Shown here: piece after piece, positions 41,373-50,600 of the stretch
How positions within the stretch are numbered: the first letter of the stretch is position 1
Layout of the letters: each line of letters begins with the position of its first letter
Assembly: GCA_042408215.1 (NCBI GenBank)
Contig: JAYFMW010000021.1
Coordinates: 1 to 64,000, forward strand
DNA length: 64,000 bases
Direction of reading: 5' to 3'
From: Microcoleus sp.
GTDB lineage: Bacteria > Cyanobacteriota > Cyanobacteriia > Cyanobacteriales > Microcoleaceae
Position numbers and translations under genes: made by a program
The notes under the pieces: generated by a model
Seen by the model: only the letters and a program-made list of their open reading frames with translations
Databases searched by the model: none
What the model was told of the DNA's origin: nothing

Positions 41373-42575
41373 TCAAATTTTAATCTCCCAACCACGGCGA
41401 TACATTCCATACAAAATCAACCACCAAAATAACACCGCAGTCACAGCAAAGGCTAGGGAACCATTCAGCGGGCCGGCCCACGGCAAAAACCAGTTTTCGT
41501 AAATCCAAGTGTAGGTACTTGGAGCACTTTTGCCACTACCAATATGAGTTTTTAACAGAATTCTGGCGACAATCCCGGAAGCAACAAACAGGAAAATAGC
41601 ATTCAATCCCATGATTTCAAACGGCCTCCCCCATTTCCAACCTCGCACTTCTATGGTTTCGTAGCAAACTGCTAGTAATAGCAACGCCCAACCGGCGGTA
41701 AAAATTACATAGGAACTTGTCCAAAGTTGTTTGTTGATGGGAAAGGAAAATCCCCACAAATGGCCGATGACCACGCAACTGAGACCGCATATTGCTAAGT
41801 TTACACTGGTGCGGGTTTTGATTTGCTGTACTCGCAACCATTCTCCTGTAAAGTAGCCTGTGAGGACTGTGACAACTGCTGGTAAGGTGCTCAACAATCC
41901 TTCGGGGTCGAAGGGGCCGCCTTTGTAGAGGTGTTGACTGCCTAGAATTAGTCGATCGACATATCCCCCTAAATTGCCCTCTGGTGTGAGTTCGCCGGCG
42001 CTGTACCCCCCCCCTACAGGTACTAGGGTTAACAGGCTCCAATAGCCGAATAATAGGGCAATGGCGAGGAGTTTTTGGTGGCGGGGGGAGAGGTTGAGGA
42101 TGGCGATCGCACCGATAAAATAAGCTAAGCCGATGCGCTGTAATACTCCCATGATGCGGATTTTACTGAAGTTTTCAATGGGGGCGCTGTTGAGAAGTAC
42201 GTCAAGGGCGATCGACGATGTGTTTAGCAGCAATCCTAATATAAATAAAATGGCGGCGCGCCTCGCAATCCGCCAGTAGATATTTGAAGAAGTCAGAGGG
42301 GTTTTTTCTGTCTTTGTTTGTTCCTGTACATCTGTAATTTTCGATGCTTCTGTTTCTGTTTTTGTAGTGGTTTGGGTATATTTGGATAGGGAAAAGGACA
42401 TCGCGCAGCCAACGATGAACAAGAAAAAGGGAAATACCAAGTCAGTGGGGGTGCAACCGTGCCATTCTGCGTGTTCTAGGGCTGGATAAACCTGTTTCCA
42501 ACTGCCGGGGTTGTTGACTAGAATCATGGAGGCGATCGCAATTCCGCGAAAAACATCAAGGGATTTTAAGCGCAT
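41373..42575 (-). CDS. Heparan-alpha-glucosaminide N-acetyltransferase-like membrane protein (DUF5009/NagX-like)
   Basis: RLKSLDVFRG, HAEWHG, DLVFPFFLF, GVLQRI, DPEG, INKQLWTSSY. Confidence 0.88.
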   Translation of the reverse strand: MRLKSLDVFRGIAIASMILVNNPGSWKQVYPALEHAEWHGCTPTDLVFPFFLFIVGCAMSFSLSKYTQTTTKTETEASKITDVQEQTKTEKTPLTSSNIYWRIARRAAILFILGLLLNTSSIALDVLLNSAPIENFSKIRIMGVLQRIGLAYFIGAIAILNLSPRHQKLLAIALLFGYWSLLTLVPVGGGYSAGELTPEGNLGGYVDRLILGSQHLYKGGPFDPEGLLSTLPAVVTVLTGYFTGEWLRVQQIKTRTSVNLAICGLSCVVIGHLWGFSFPINKQLWTSSYVIFTAGWALLLLAVCYETIEVRGWKWGRPFEIMGLNAIFLFVASGIVARILLKTHIGSGKSAPSTYTWIYENWFLPWAGPLNGSLAFAVTAVLFWWLILYGMYRRGWEIKI

Positions 42576-42589
42576 AAATAAGTCTGTTG

Positions 42590-43226
42590 TTATTGGTTAT
42601 TGGTTATTTGTTATTTGTTATTTGTTATTTGTTATTTGTTGTTGACTGTTGTCTGTTGACGGTTGTCTGTTGACGGTTGACTGTTGACGGTTGTCTGTTG
42701 ACTGTTGACTGTTGACTGTTGACGGTTGACTGTTGACTGTTGACTGTTGACTGTTGTCTGTTGACTGTTGACGGTTGACTGTTGTCTGTTGTCTGTTGTC
42801 TGTTGTCTGTTGTCTGTTGTCTGTTGACTGTTGTCTGTTGACTGTTGACTGTTGACTGTTGTCTGTTGTCTGTTGACTGTTGACTGTTGACTGTTGACTG
42901 TTGACGGTTGACTGTTGACGGTTGTCTGTTGACTGTTGACTGTTGACCGCTAACTGTTACCAATTCCCAATTCCCAATTCCCAATTCCCAATTCCCAATT
43001 CCCAATGACCAATTCCCAATGACCAATTCCCAATTCCCAATTCCCAATGACCAATTCCCAATGACCAATTCCCAATGACCAATTCCCAATGACCAATTCC
43101 CAATTCCCAATTCCCAATTCCCAATGACCAATTCCCAATTCCCAATTCCCAATGACCAATGACCAATTCCCAATTCCCAATTCCCAATGACCAATTCCCA
43201 ATTCCCAATGACCAATTCCCAATTAC
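42590..43226. repeat. Compound STRR block (TTATTGG/TTATTTG; TGTTGAC/TGTTGTC; CCCAATT/CCAATGA)
   Basis: About 640 bp made almost entirely of 7-mer tandem repeats. Confidence 0.95.
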
Positions 43227-44615
43227 CTATATCTCTATCCCTTCCACAGTCAAAATCACCCCATTTTTCATCAACGTATCGCAGCGTTCTACATAAAAAT
43301 TTGCTGCTTTGTCCTGTTTGTTGACTTGCAATACGCGCAAAAACATTTGTTTTGCTTGGGCGAATTGCTGCTGGTAGTGGAAAAAAATCCCCTGTTCAAA
43401 ATAAGTTTGGGTTTGTGCTTTTAGTTCGATCATGATATCGGAGTCGCCGTCGTAAATTTCAAATACAGCAACAGGCGTTTGTTTTCCTTTGACTTGAACG
43501 CGATCGAGAAATCGGCACTTGTACTGTTGGGGGTCGTCGATGCGGCAAAGAGTTTGGACGCTAGCTACAATACCAACTCCGTAAAGCTTTGTCAATCCTT
43601 CCACGCGGGAGGCTAAATTAACTGCATCGGAAATCACCGTACTTTCCATTCGTTCCGCTTCGCCAATCGTACCTAACATTAAAGTTCCAGTATGCAAGCC
43701 AATGCCGATCGAAATAGGTTGATAGCCGCTATTTTGCCTGTGTTTATTATAAATTTTAACTTGCTGCTGCATCTCAATTGCTGCTTGCACGGCATCTTCG
43801 GCGCAGTTGGGAAACAAAGCCATAATGCCGTCGCCAATATATTTGTCTATAAAGCCGTTGTACTGGCGAATCACAGGCCCAACTCGACTCAAGTAAGAGT
43901 TTATAAAATCAAAATTATCTCTGGGAGACATACTTTCTGACAGACTTGTAAATGAGCGAATGTCGGCAAACATAATCGTCATTTCTGCCTGTACAGAGTC
44001 TCCCAATCTGGCATCAACGATGCTTTCTCTTTTGAGAAATTTCAAAAATTCGCGGGGGACAAAACGGGCTGACGCGGCAGCAATTTTTTCGAGTTCGCTT
44101 TTGCTGGATTCGATTTGATTGAGGGAGCTAAATGATCTCAGTGCTGTTACTACTGTGGTAAATAATTTCTTATTAGTCAGTTCGGTTTTGGTTTTGTAAT
44201 CATTGATATCGTAGCTGACAATTACTACATCTTCTGGTACTTGTCCCGGCTGTCCAGTACGCAAAATAATCCGCACTATCTTATTGCCTAAAATATCGCG
44301 GATGTATTTAACTACTGCCAAGCCTGCCTCTTCCGTTTCCATAACTACATCGAGCAAAATCAATGCTATGTCCTGGTTATCTTTGATAATTTCTTTGGCT
44401 TCCTTGCCTGAGTAAGCGCTGATAAATGTTATGAATTTATTTTCAAATGTAAAGTCTTTTAATGCCAGTTTCGTAATAGTGTGAATCTCGATCTCGTCGT
44501 CTACAATTAACACTTTCCAACTGGATTCTATCGGTTTTTGTTCCAAAGCGTCTTCTTCGATAAATATTAAGTCTTCGTCTTCAGCGTCGAATATTTTTTT
44601 ACTAGCTTCTGACAT
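43227..44615 (-). CDS. Receiver domain - class III adenylate/guanylate cyclase
   Basis: LIVDDE/LLDVVME receiver; [30 protein letters not shown]-like tail. Confidence 0.92.
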   Translation of the reverse strand: MSEASKKIFDAEDEDLIFIEEDALEQKPIESSWKVLIVDDEIEIHTITKLALKDFTFENKFITFISAYSGKEAKEIIKDNQDIALILLDVVMETEEAGLAVVKYIRDILGNKIVRIILRTGQPGQVPEDVVIVSYDINDYKTKTELTNKKLFTTVVTALRSFSSLNQIESSKSELEKIAAASARFVPREFLKFLKRESIVDARLGDSVQAEMTIMFADIRSFTSLSESMSPRDNFDFINSYLSRVGPVIRQYNGFIDKYIGDGIMALFPNCAEDAVQAAIEMQQQVKIYNKHRQNSGYQPISIGIGLHTGTLMLGTIGEAERMESTVISDAVNLASRVEGLTKLYGVGIVASVQTLCRIDDPQQYKCRFLDRVQVKGKQTPVAVFEIYDGDSDIMIELKAQTQTYFEQGIFFHYQQQFAQAKQMFLRVLQVNKQDKAANFYVERCDTLMKNGVILTVEGIEI

Positions 44616-44657
44616 TTTTTTCTCCTAAATATTATTTTATTAACGCTGGCATAATAA

Positions 44658-45830
44658 CTAATTACCAATTTTAGCGGGAAATTTAATCAAAAATTTTGTG
44701 CCCTGACCTAGTTGACTTTGGCATTTAATTGTGCCTTGAAGTTTTTGATTTACGAGATTGTAAATAATGTGCAATCCCAATCCAGTGCCGCCCTGACCTC
44801 TTTTGGTAGTAAAGAAAGGTTCAAAAATTTTACTGATATTTTCTGGGGTAATTCCTTTGCCATTATCGGCATATTCAAATACTAACAGCTCGCCATCTAG
44901 TTGAAAATAAAAGGTGAGAACTCCTTCGTCGTCTGGCTCATAAGCGTGAATTAGGGAGTTGATCACCAGATTTGTCACAATTTGATAGAACACGCCTGGG
45001 TAACTGTCCAGTACAATGTTTTCATCGCAATTAACCTCTACTTTGTGTTTAGTTGTTCTCAGTTTTGCTGTTAAGGATGTCAAAATTTCCTCGAGATATT
45101 TTTTCACTTGAAAAGTTCGTTTTAATTCACTGGATTGATCGACTGCCACTTCTTTAAAACTGTGGATCAAGTCGGCCGCCCGCGTGAGGTTAGCCAATAT
45201 CATATTACTACTTTGCATCGTGATATCCAGAAATTTTTCTAACTCCGAGCGTTTAATTTGACCGTTGCTGTAAATCTCGCAGAATTTTGTGACTTTTTCA
45301 GCTAGCAGCGAGGCGGCGGCGATACCAATGCCGATGGGAGTATTGATTTCGTGGGCAACACCTGCAACTAACCCGCCGAGGGCGGCCATTTTTTCCGATT
45401 CTACCAGTTGATTTTGGGTAGATTTTAGGTCTGCTAAAGTTTGGGATAGTTCGGAGGTACGCTGTTGTACTAACTGTTCGAGATTCTGATTAAATTGCTG
45501 CAAATTATTGTGCATTTCAATATTAGTTGGAATGGAGACAGAAGTTAGCCACTGCTGGTATTTTGATTCTAAATGCGCTGCTTGGGCTTTGGCATCACAG
45601 CGCTGATAGCAAGAGTGCGATTCTGTCAAGTAAATTTTGGCAATTTTTGCTCGTCCTAGGGACAGATAAAATGCTCCGGCTAATTCTGCTGCTAATGCTT
45701 GTTCGTGGATGTGTCCGTTGTCTTCCGCTCCTTGAATTGCCCGATCGTAATATTCCATTGCTTCGACAATATTGCCCGTTACTCGCGCTTTTTCTGCTGC
45801 TACTAAGTCGTCGTTGTCCTGATAATTCAT
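44658..45830 (-). CDS. Histidine kinase with a TPR-like N-terminus
   Basis: AHEINTP H-box, NLVINSLIH N-box, DNGKG, FFTTK, GTGLGL. Confidence 0.9.
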   Translation of the reverse strand: MNYQDNDDLVAAEKARVTGNIVEAMEYYDRAIQGAEDNGHIHEQALAAELAGAFYLSLGRAKIAKIYLTESHSCYQRCDAKAQAAHLESKYQQWLTSVSIPTNIEMHNNLQQFNQNLEQLVQQRTSELSQTLADLKSTQNQLVESEKMAALGGLVAGVAHEINTPIGIGIAAASLLAEKVTKFCEIYSNGQIKRSELEKFLDITMQSSNMILANLTRAADLIHSFKEVAVDQSSELKRTFQVKKYLEEILTSLTAKLRTTKHKVEVNCDENIVLDSYPGVFYQIVTNLVINSLIHAYEPDDEGVLTFYFQLDGELLVFEYADNGKGITPENISKIFEPFFTTKRGQGGTGLGLHIIYNLVNQKLQGTIKCQSQLGQGTKFLIKFPAKIGN

Positions 45831-46092
45831 GGATCAAAAATTCCTTTATTATGCTTTTTTTATTTTTTTGACTAAAAATATGCTCAATTTCAAACAGGAA
45901 GATTATGGAATCTCCCCATATATCGGGGCAATTACGGGGAGATTACTCCTACAAAAAACTAGAGATAGATGCTCTGCGGAATTCCTAATCTACATTCTAG
46001 CCTTCAAAAAATCAAAAACTGCGCTTTGCGATCGCAGCAGTGCAAAAATAAACTGGTGGGTGCAAATCCAAAGCTAAAATCAAAAAACAATT

Positions 46093-46959
46093 ATGCAGAA
46101 TATAATGGCCTCACATCGGGCCTCTGGCGGCGCTGAGATTAAACTACTGGTAGTGGATATCGATGGCACGATCGCAGGAAAGTCCAATGAGATCCGAGAA
46201 CCGGTCAAACAGGCAATTTTGGCAGCCCACTCGCGGGGAATCAAAGTTGCAGTCGCTACGGGTAGAATGTATCGATCGGCTTTACGATTTCACCGGGATA
46301 TTGGCTCAACTTTGCCCCTGATTTGCTACCAAGGTGCGTGGATTCAAGATCCCGCTACTCAAAAAATGCTCCGCCACCAGCCGCTGTCGAAACAAAGGGC
46401 TCTGGAATTGTTGGAGCATTTTGAAGAACCGCATTTACGATCGCTCCTTTCGGTGAATTTTTACATCAACGACCAACTTTATGTACCGGAAATTACCGCC
46501 GCCACCAGACTTTACGCCGAACGATCGGGAATTGAACCAATTGCTATTACAGACTTCCGGCGAGATATTCCGGGTGAACCGACTAAAGTTTTGGCTTTGT
46601 GCAAAAATTCGGGGGTTCTCGACGGCTTGCTCAGTAGTATGCGCGATCGCTACACGCCTGCGGAACTGTATTTGACTCGCTCGGTTGCTACTTTTTTTGA
46701 AGCTACTCATCCTTTGGCGAATAAGGGAGCAGCAGTGCAATACATAGCGGAGGACTTGTTGGGGTTGCGGCCGGAGAACGTGATGGCGATCGGCGACAAT
46801 TTTAATGATGTGGAAATGATCTCTTATGCGGGCGTGGGTGTGGCGATGGGTAATGCTCCCGATGCTGTGAAAGCTGGTGCTAACTGGGTGGCGCCGGATG
46901 TGGAGGAAGACGGGGTGGCTGCTGCGATCGAAGAATTTGTTTTGGGCGATCGATCGTAA
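46093..46959 (+). CDS. Cof-type HAD-IIB hydrolase
   Basis: VVDIDGT, ATGR, NKG, IGDNFNDVEM, AMGNA. Confidence 0.92.
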   Translation: MQNIMASHRASGGAEIKLLVVDIDGTIAGKSNEIREPVKQAILAAHSRGIKVAVATGRMYRSALRFHRDIGSTLPLICYQGAWIQDPATQKMLRHQPLSKQRALELLEHFEEPHLRSLLSVNFYINDQLYVPEITAATRLYAERSGIEPIAITDFRRDIPGEPTKVLALCKNSGVLDGLLSSMRDRYTPAELYLTRSVATFFEATHPLANKGAAVQYIAEDLLGLRPENVMAIGDNFNDVEMISYAGVGVAMGNAPDAVKAGANWVAPDVEEDGVAAAIEEFVLGDRS

Positions 46960-47184
46960 CTTCATAAATACAGTAGGGGCGGGTTTTACAAACAATAATT
47001 GCCGAAAACTAACAATATAGTAAACCCGCCCCCACCCACCATCAATCGCAATCCAGCTCTTTCAAAATACAATATACAACGGGCGGGTTTATAGATATTT
47101 TGTTGGTGAATTATAGATTCTGGCGAACCCGCCCCTACAGTCCCTACAGGATGGGAATTTAGATAGTTCAAAACTTTTAAAAAT

Positions 47185-47257
47185 GGGTTTCAACAGAAAG
47201 AACACCGACGACTGGCCGTGTTTCGTCTCGGTGTTCTTACTGGTTCGCTCCTCACAC
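47185..47257 (-). ncRNA. yfr2: Yfr2-family (Cyano-1) small RNA; 3' end approximate
   Basis: 5' GTGTGAGGAG, then stem AAGAACACCGA/TCGGTGTTCTT with loop GAAACACGG; consensus promoter immediately upstream. Confidence 0.8.
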
Positions 47258-47264
47258 GTCCATC

Positions 47265-47293
47265 ACTCTACCCGACTCAGCAAAGTCTGTCAA
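47265..47293 (-). promoter_or_regulatory. Sigma70-type promoter of yfr2
   Basis: TTGACA (47293-47288), 17-nt spacer, TAGAGT (47270-47265). Confidence 0.75.
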
Positions 47294-47390
47294 GACTTTT
47301 TACAAAACTTTTTTTCCCAGTCGTCCGATCGGGGACACCAAAGCCCTGAAACCCTTCCCCACAAAGGAGAAGGATGATTTTTGCAACTGC

Positions 47391-48281
47391 TCAATTCAAC
47401 TCGGCCATCCAGTCCAAAATCAGAGAATTGACTTCACTGGGCCGCTCATCGTGGGGACAGTGGCCCGTGTTGGGAATCGCAACAAATTTAACCGATCGCC
47501 CATCATCGGCCAATTCCTGATAGATTTTACTACCTGCGATCGGTGTCCAGGGGTCGTCTGCGCCCCAAAGTACCAATAACGGGCGATCGACTTTGGGCAG
47601 CAATTCCGACGGTTGAGGGCCCGCTGGGGCTGTCAGAATCGAGGCAAAAACTTGTTGAGCTCCGGGCTCGCAGGAGGGGGCGTGCAGGAGTTCTACGAGT
47701 TCGTCGGTGATGGCTTCGCGGTTCCCGTAGACTTGGCGCAGGGTGTTGCGGATGCGGTGTTTCTGGCGGATGTTGTTGAACAGAAATGGGCCGAGGATGG
47801 GCGATCGAACTAATTTAGTAAAAGTCCCCATCACCACTCGCAGCGGGAAATTAAGTTCATCTGGACGGTGGTTGAGTCCACCGGCACAGTTAATTAAAAT
47901 ACCCCCGGCTGATATTTCGGGATGGTTGGCGACTACCATCAAACTCAACAAAGCGCCGATCGAATTCCCAACAAAAACAGCCGGTTCCTGTACAAGTTCC
48001 CCCCAGAAATCTGTGAGCAATTCTTCCCACAATTCCAGAGTGTAATCTAGGGCTGGTTTAGCGGAAGCACCGAATCCCAGCAAGTCTAGAGCAAATACTC
48101 GGTAGCCGCCGGCAGCCAGTGCGGGGATGTTTTGTCTCCAATGTCCGATCGAAGCCCCAAAGCCGTGAATTAAGATGAGAGGGCGGCCGGTTCCCTGAAC
48201 CGTATATTGAATTTTGTGACCTTTCCAAGTCCAAATTAATTTTTCAAAGCTGGTTGTAGATACTAATTGTTGTGCAGTCAC
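47391..48281 (-). CDS. Alpha/beta-fold hydrolase
   Basis: IHGFGASIGHW, GNSIG nucleophile elbow, WGADDPW, GHCPHDE. Confidence 0.92.
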   Translation of the reverse strand: MTAQQLVSTTSFEKLIWTWKGHKIQYTVQGTGRPLILIHGFGASIGHWRQNIPALAAGGYRVFALDLLGFGASAKPALDYTLELWEELLTDFWGELVQEPAVFVGNSIGALLSLMVVANHPEISAGGILINCAGGLNHRPDELNFPLRVVMGTFTKLVRSPILGPFLFNNIRQKHRIRNTLRQVYGNREAITDELVELLHAPSCEPGAQQVFASILTAPAGPQPSELLPKVDRPLLVLWGADDPWTPIAGSKIYQELADDGRSVKFVAIPNTGHCPHDERPSEVNSLILDWMAELN

Positions 48282-48318
48282 GGCTGTTATGTAAAGTTTC
48301 GTTACACCTCATAGCAGA

Positions 48319-48568
48319 AGTCATTAGTCATTAGTCAGTAGTCAGTAGTCAGTAGTCATTAGTCAGTGGTCATTGGTCATTGGTCATTAGTCATTAGTCA
48401 TTAGTTACTCGGTTGGGGCAGCCAATAACCTAGTGCCCCATACGCCATGCCCCATGCCCCATGCCCCATGCCCCATGCCCCATGCCCCATGCCCCATGCC
48501 CCATGCCCCATGCCCCATGCCCTATGCCCCATGCCCTATGCCCTATGCCCTATGCCCAATTCCCACTA
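48319..48568. repeat. STRR tracts (AGTCATT/AGTCAGT; CCCCATG/CCCTATG)
   Basis: Direct 7-mer tandem repeats. Confidence 0.93.
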
Positions 48569-48569
48569 A

Positions 48570-50600
48570 TTACCTTTTTTCGAGCAGCCAATAAGTAATC
48601 ATATCTCCCTTACCTTTCACCGGAATCACACCACGCTTCTCAAATAAATACTGATCTTTCAAAAGCTCATAAGTAACATCAGTAACTTGAATACCGCCTG
48701 CAAATCCCGTAACTTCCATCCTCGACGCCACATTCACAGTATCTCCCCACAAATCGTAAGTAAACTTGCTAACCCCAATCACTCCCGCAACTACTGGCCC
48801 GGAATTGATGCCGACGCGAATTGCCAATTTTTCCCCGGTTTCGGCGGACAACTTTGCTATTTTTGCTTGCATTCCCAGGGCCATTTGGGCGATCGCCTCA
48901 GCGTGGTCATCTCTCGGTGTAGGCAACCCCCCAACTACCATATAAGCGTCACCAATAGTCTTAATTTTCTCCACACCGTACATTTCAGCTAACTGGTCGA
49001 AGTGGGAAAAAATCACGTTCAATCGCTTTACCAGTTCCGTAGGAGACATTCTAGCCGACAACTCAGTAAAGCCAACAATGTCAGCAAATAAAACAGTTAC
49101 TTCTTCAAAACAGTCAGCAATTGTGCTTGGCTCTAATTTCAATCGTTCTGCTATTGCTTTAGGCAAAATATTTAACAGCAATTTCTCACTTTGTTCCTGT
49201 TGAACCTTCAGCGCTTCTTGGGCTGATTTGCGCTCCGTAATGTCAGAAACAGTACCTTCATAGTAGATCAGCACACCTTTTGAATCTCGAACTGCGCGGA
49301 CATTTTCTGAGATCCAAATTCTCCGACCATCCTGGCGACACACCATAGATTCAAACCCAGACACAGCATGATCCGCTTCCATAGCAGCAATGAATTCGAG
49401 GCGGCGCGAGGGGTCAACATAAAGTTGATCGGAAATATTTTTCACACTGAAAATTAACTCTGAGGGCGAGTCGTAACCGTACAATTTTGCCAAAGCAGGA
49501 TTAGCGCTGAGATAGCCACCATCAGGCGTACTTTGAAAAATACCTTCGATCGCATTTTCTACGATACTGTGATATCTTTCTTCAGCAATTCGCCGCGCTT
49601 CTTCTGCTTGTTTGCGCTGAATTAAAGAACCTAATTGAGTGCCGATCGCCTTAAATAAATCTATGAATCGCTGGTCTTTTAGACATGGCAAAATCTTAAA
49701 AAAAACCAGCACTGCCAATACTTCATCACCCACTAAAATAGGCACGCCACAACCTGCTTTAAATCCGGTCTCTACTGCTATTTTACTGAGGAGAAAATCT
49801 GGGTAGCCCGCCAGGGAAAAATCTTCTACCCATTCAGGTTGCTGAGATGCCCAAACTCGTCCCGGTAGCCCTATATTCAGGGGAAATGTCAACTTTTCGC
49901 TTTCGCTACGGAATGATGCCATGCTGGTGTTGCTGGCATACCAACCCCGGCTGGATTGCAGGACAATTCCTTCTTTATCAGGAATCCAAGCTTCTCCTAC
50001 ATCCCATCCTATAGTTTCGCCAACTTGGTGTAAAATTGCTTCTAAAGCCGAGTGAAAGTCTACAGATTCGCCGATCGCCCGCGTAGTTTCCAGCAAAAAC
50101 CGGATTTCTTCTTCAGCCCGCTGTCGTTCCGCAATTTCTTGCTGCAATCTAGAATTGCGATCGTGCAATTCCCTAGCTTGTTGTTGAAGTTTTGATTGCA
50201 AAGAACGAAGAGAAAGTTGATTTTCTACGCGGGCCAAAACTTCTTCTATTTGAAACGGCTTAGTAATATAGTCCACTCCTCCTACTTGAAAAGCTTTTAC
50301 TTTTTCTAATACATCATCTAGCGCGCTAATAAAAATGATCGGAATATCTTTAGTATTGTCACTTTTTTTTAACTTTTGACAAACTTCATAGCCGTTCATT
50401 TCCGGCATATTAATATCTAGCAAAATTAGGTCGGGGGGAGCTATTTGCGCCCCTTGCAGAGCAACTTTCCCGCTAATTGCTTTCCTAACTTGATACCCGT
50501 AGGATGCAAGCATAGTTGATAAAAGTCGCAAATTATCCGGCGTATCGTCAACGATCAGAATATTTCTACAGGTCACTGGCAGTGGATGGTCGTTCATCAT
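48570..50600 (-). CDS. Adenylate cyclase, REC-GAF-PAS-class III cyclase
   Basis: LIVDD/LLDINMP receiver, GAF, PAS; FADIVGFT, KIKTIGDAY, YDLWGDTVNVASR (K/D ATP-specifying residues). Confidence 0.93.
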   Translation of the reverse strand: MMNDHPLPVTCRNILIVDDTPDNLRLLSTMLASYGYQVRKAISGKVALQGAQIAPPDLILLDINMPEMNGYEVCQKLKKSDNTKDIPIIFISALDDVLEKVKAFQVGGVDYITKPFQIEEVLARVENQLSLRSLQSKLQQQARELHDRNSRLQQEIAERQRAEEEIRFLLETTRAIGESVDFHSALEAILHQVGETIGWDVGEAWIPDKEGIVLQSSRGWYASNTSMASFRSESEKLTFPLNIGLPGRVWASQQPEWVEDFSLAGYPDFLLSKIAVETGFKAGCGVPILVGDEVLAVLVFFKILPCLKDQRFIDLFKAIGTQLGSLIQRKQAEEARRIAEERYHSIVENAIEGIFQSTPDGGYLSANPALAKLYGYDSPSELIFSVKNISDQLYVDPSRRLEFIAAMEADHAVSGFESMVCRQDGRRIWISENVRAVRDSKGVLIYYEGTVSDITERKSAQEALKVQQEQSEKLLLNILPKAIAERLKLEPSTIADCFEEVTVLFADIVGFTELSARMSPTELVKRLNVIFSHFDQLAEMYGVEKIKTIGDAYMVVGGLPTPRDDHAEAIAQMALGMQAKIAKLSAETGEKLAIRVGINSGPVVAGVIGVSKFTYDLWGDTVNVASRMEVTGFAGGIQVTDVTYELLKDQYLFEKRGVIPVKGKGDMITYWLLEKR

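Noticed and set aside
42625..43222. GIGNWEL/STVNRQQ repeat proteins (also 27065-27461, 29225-29546)
   Set aside because: They are open frames produced by stop-free heptamer STRR tracts.
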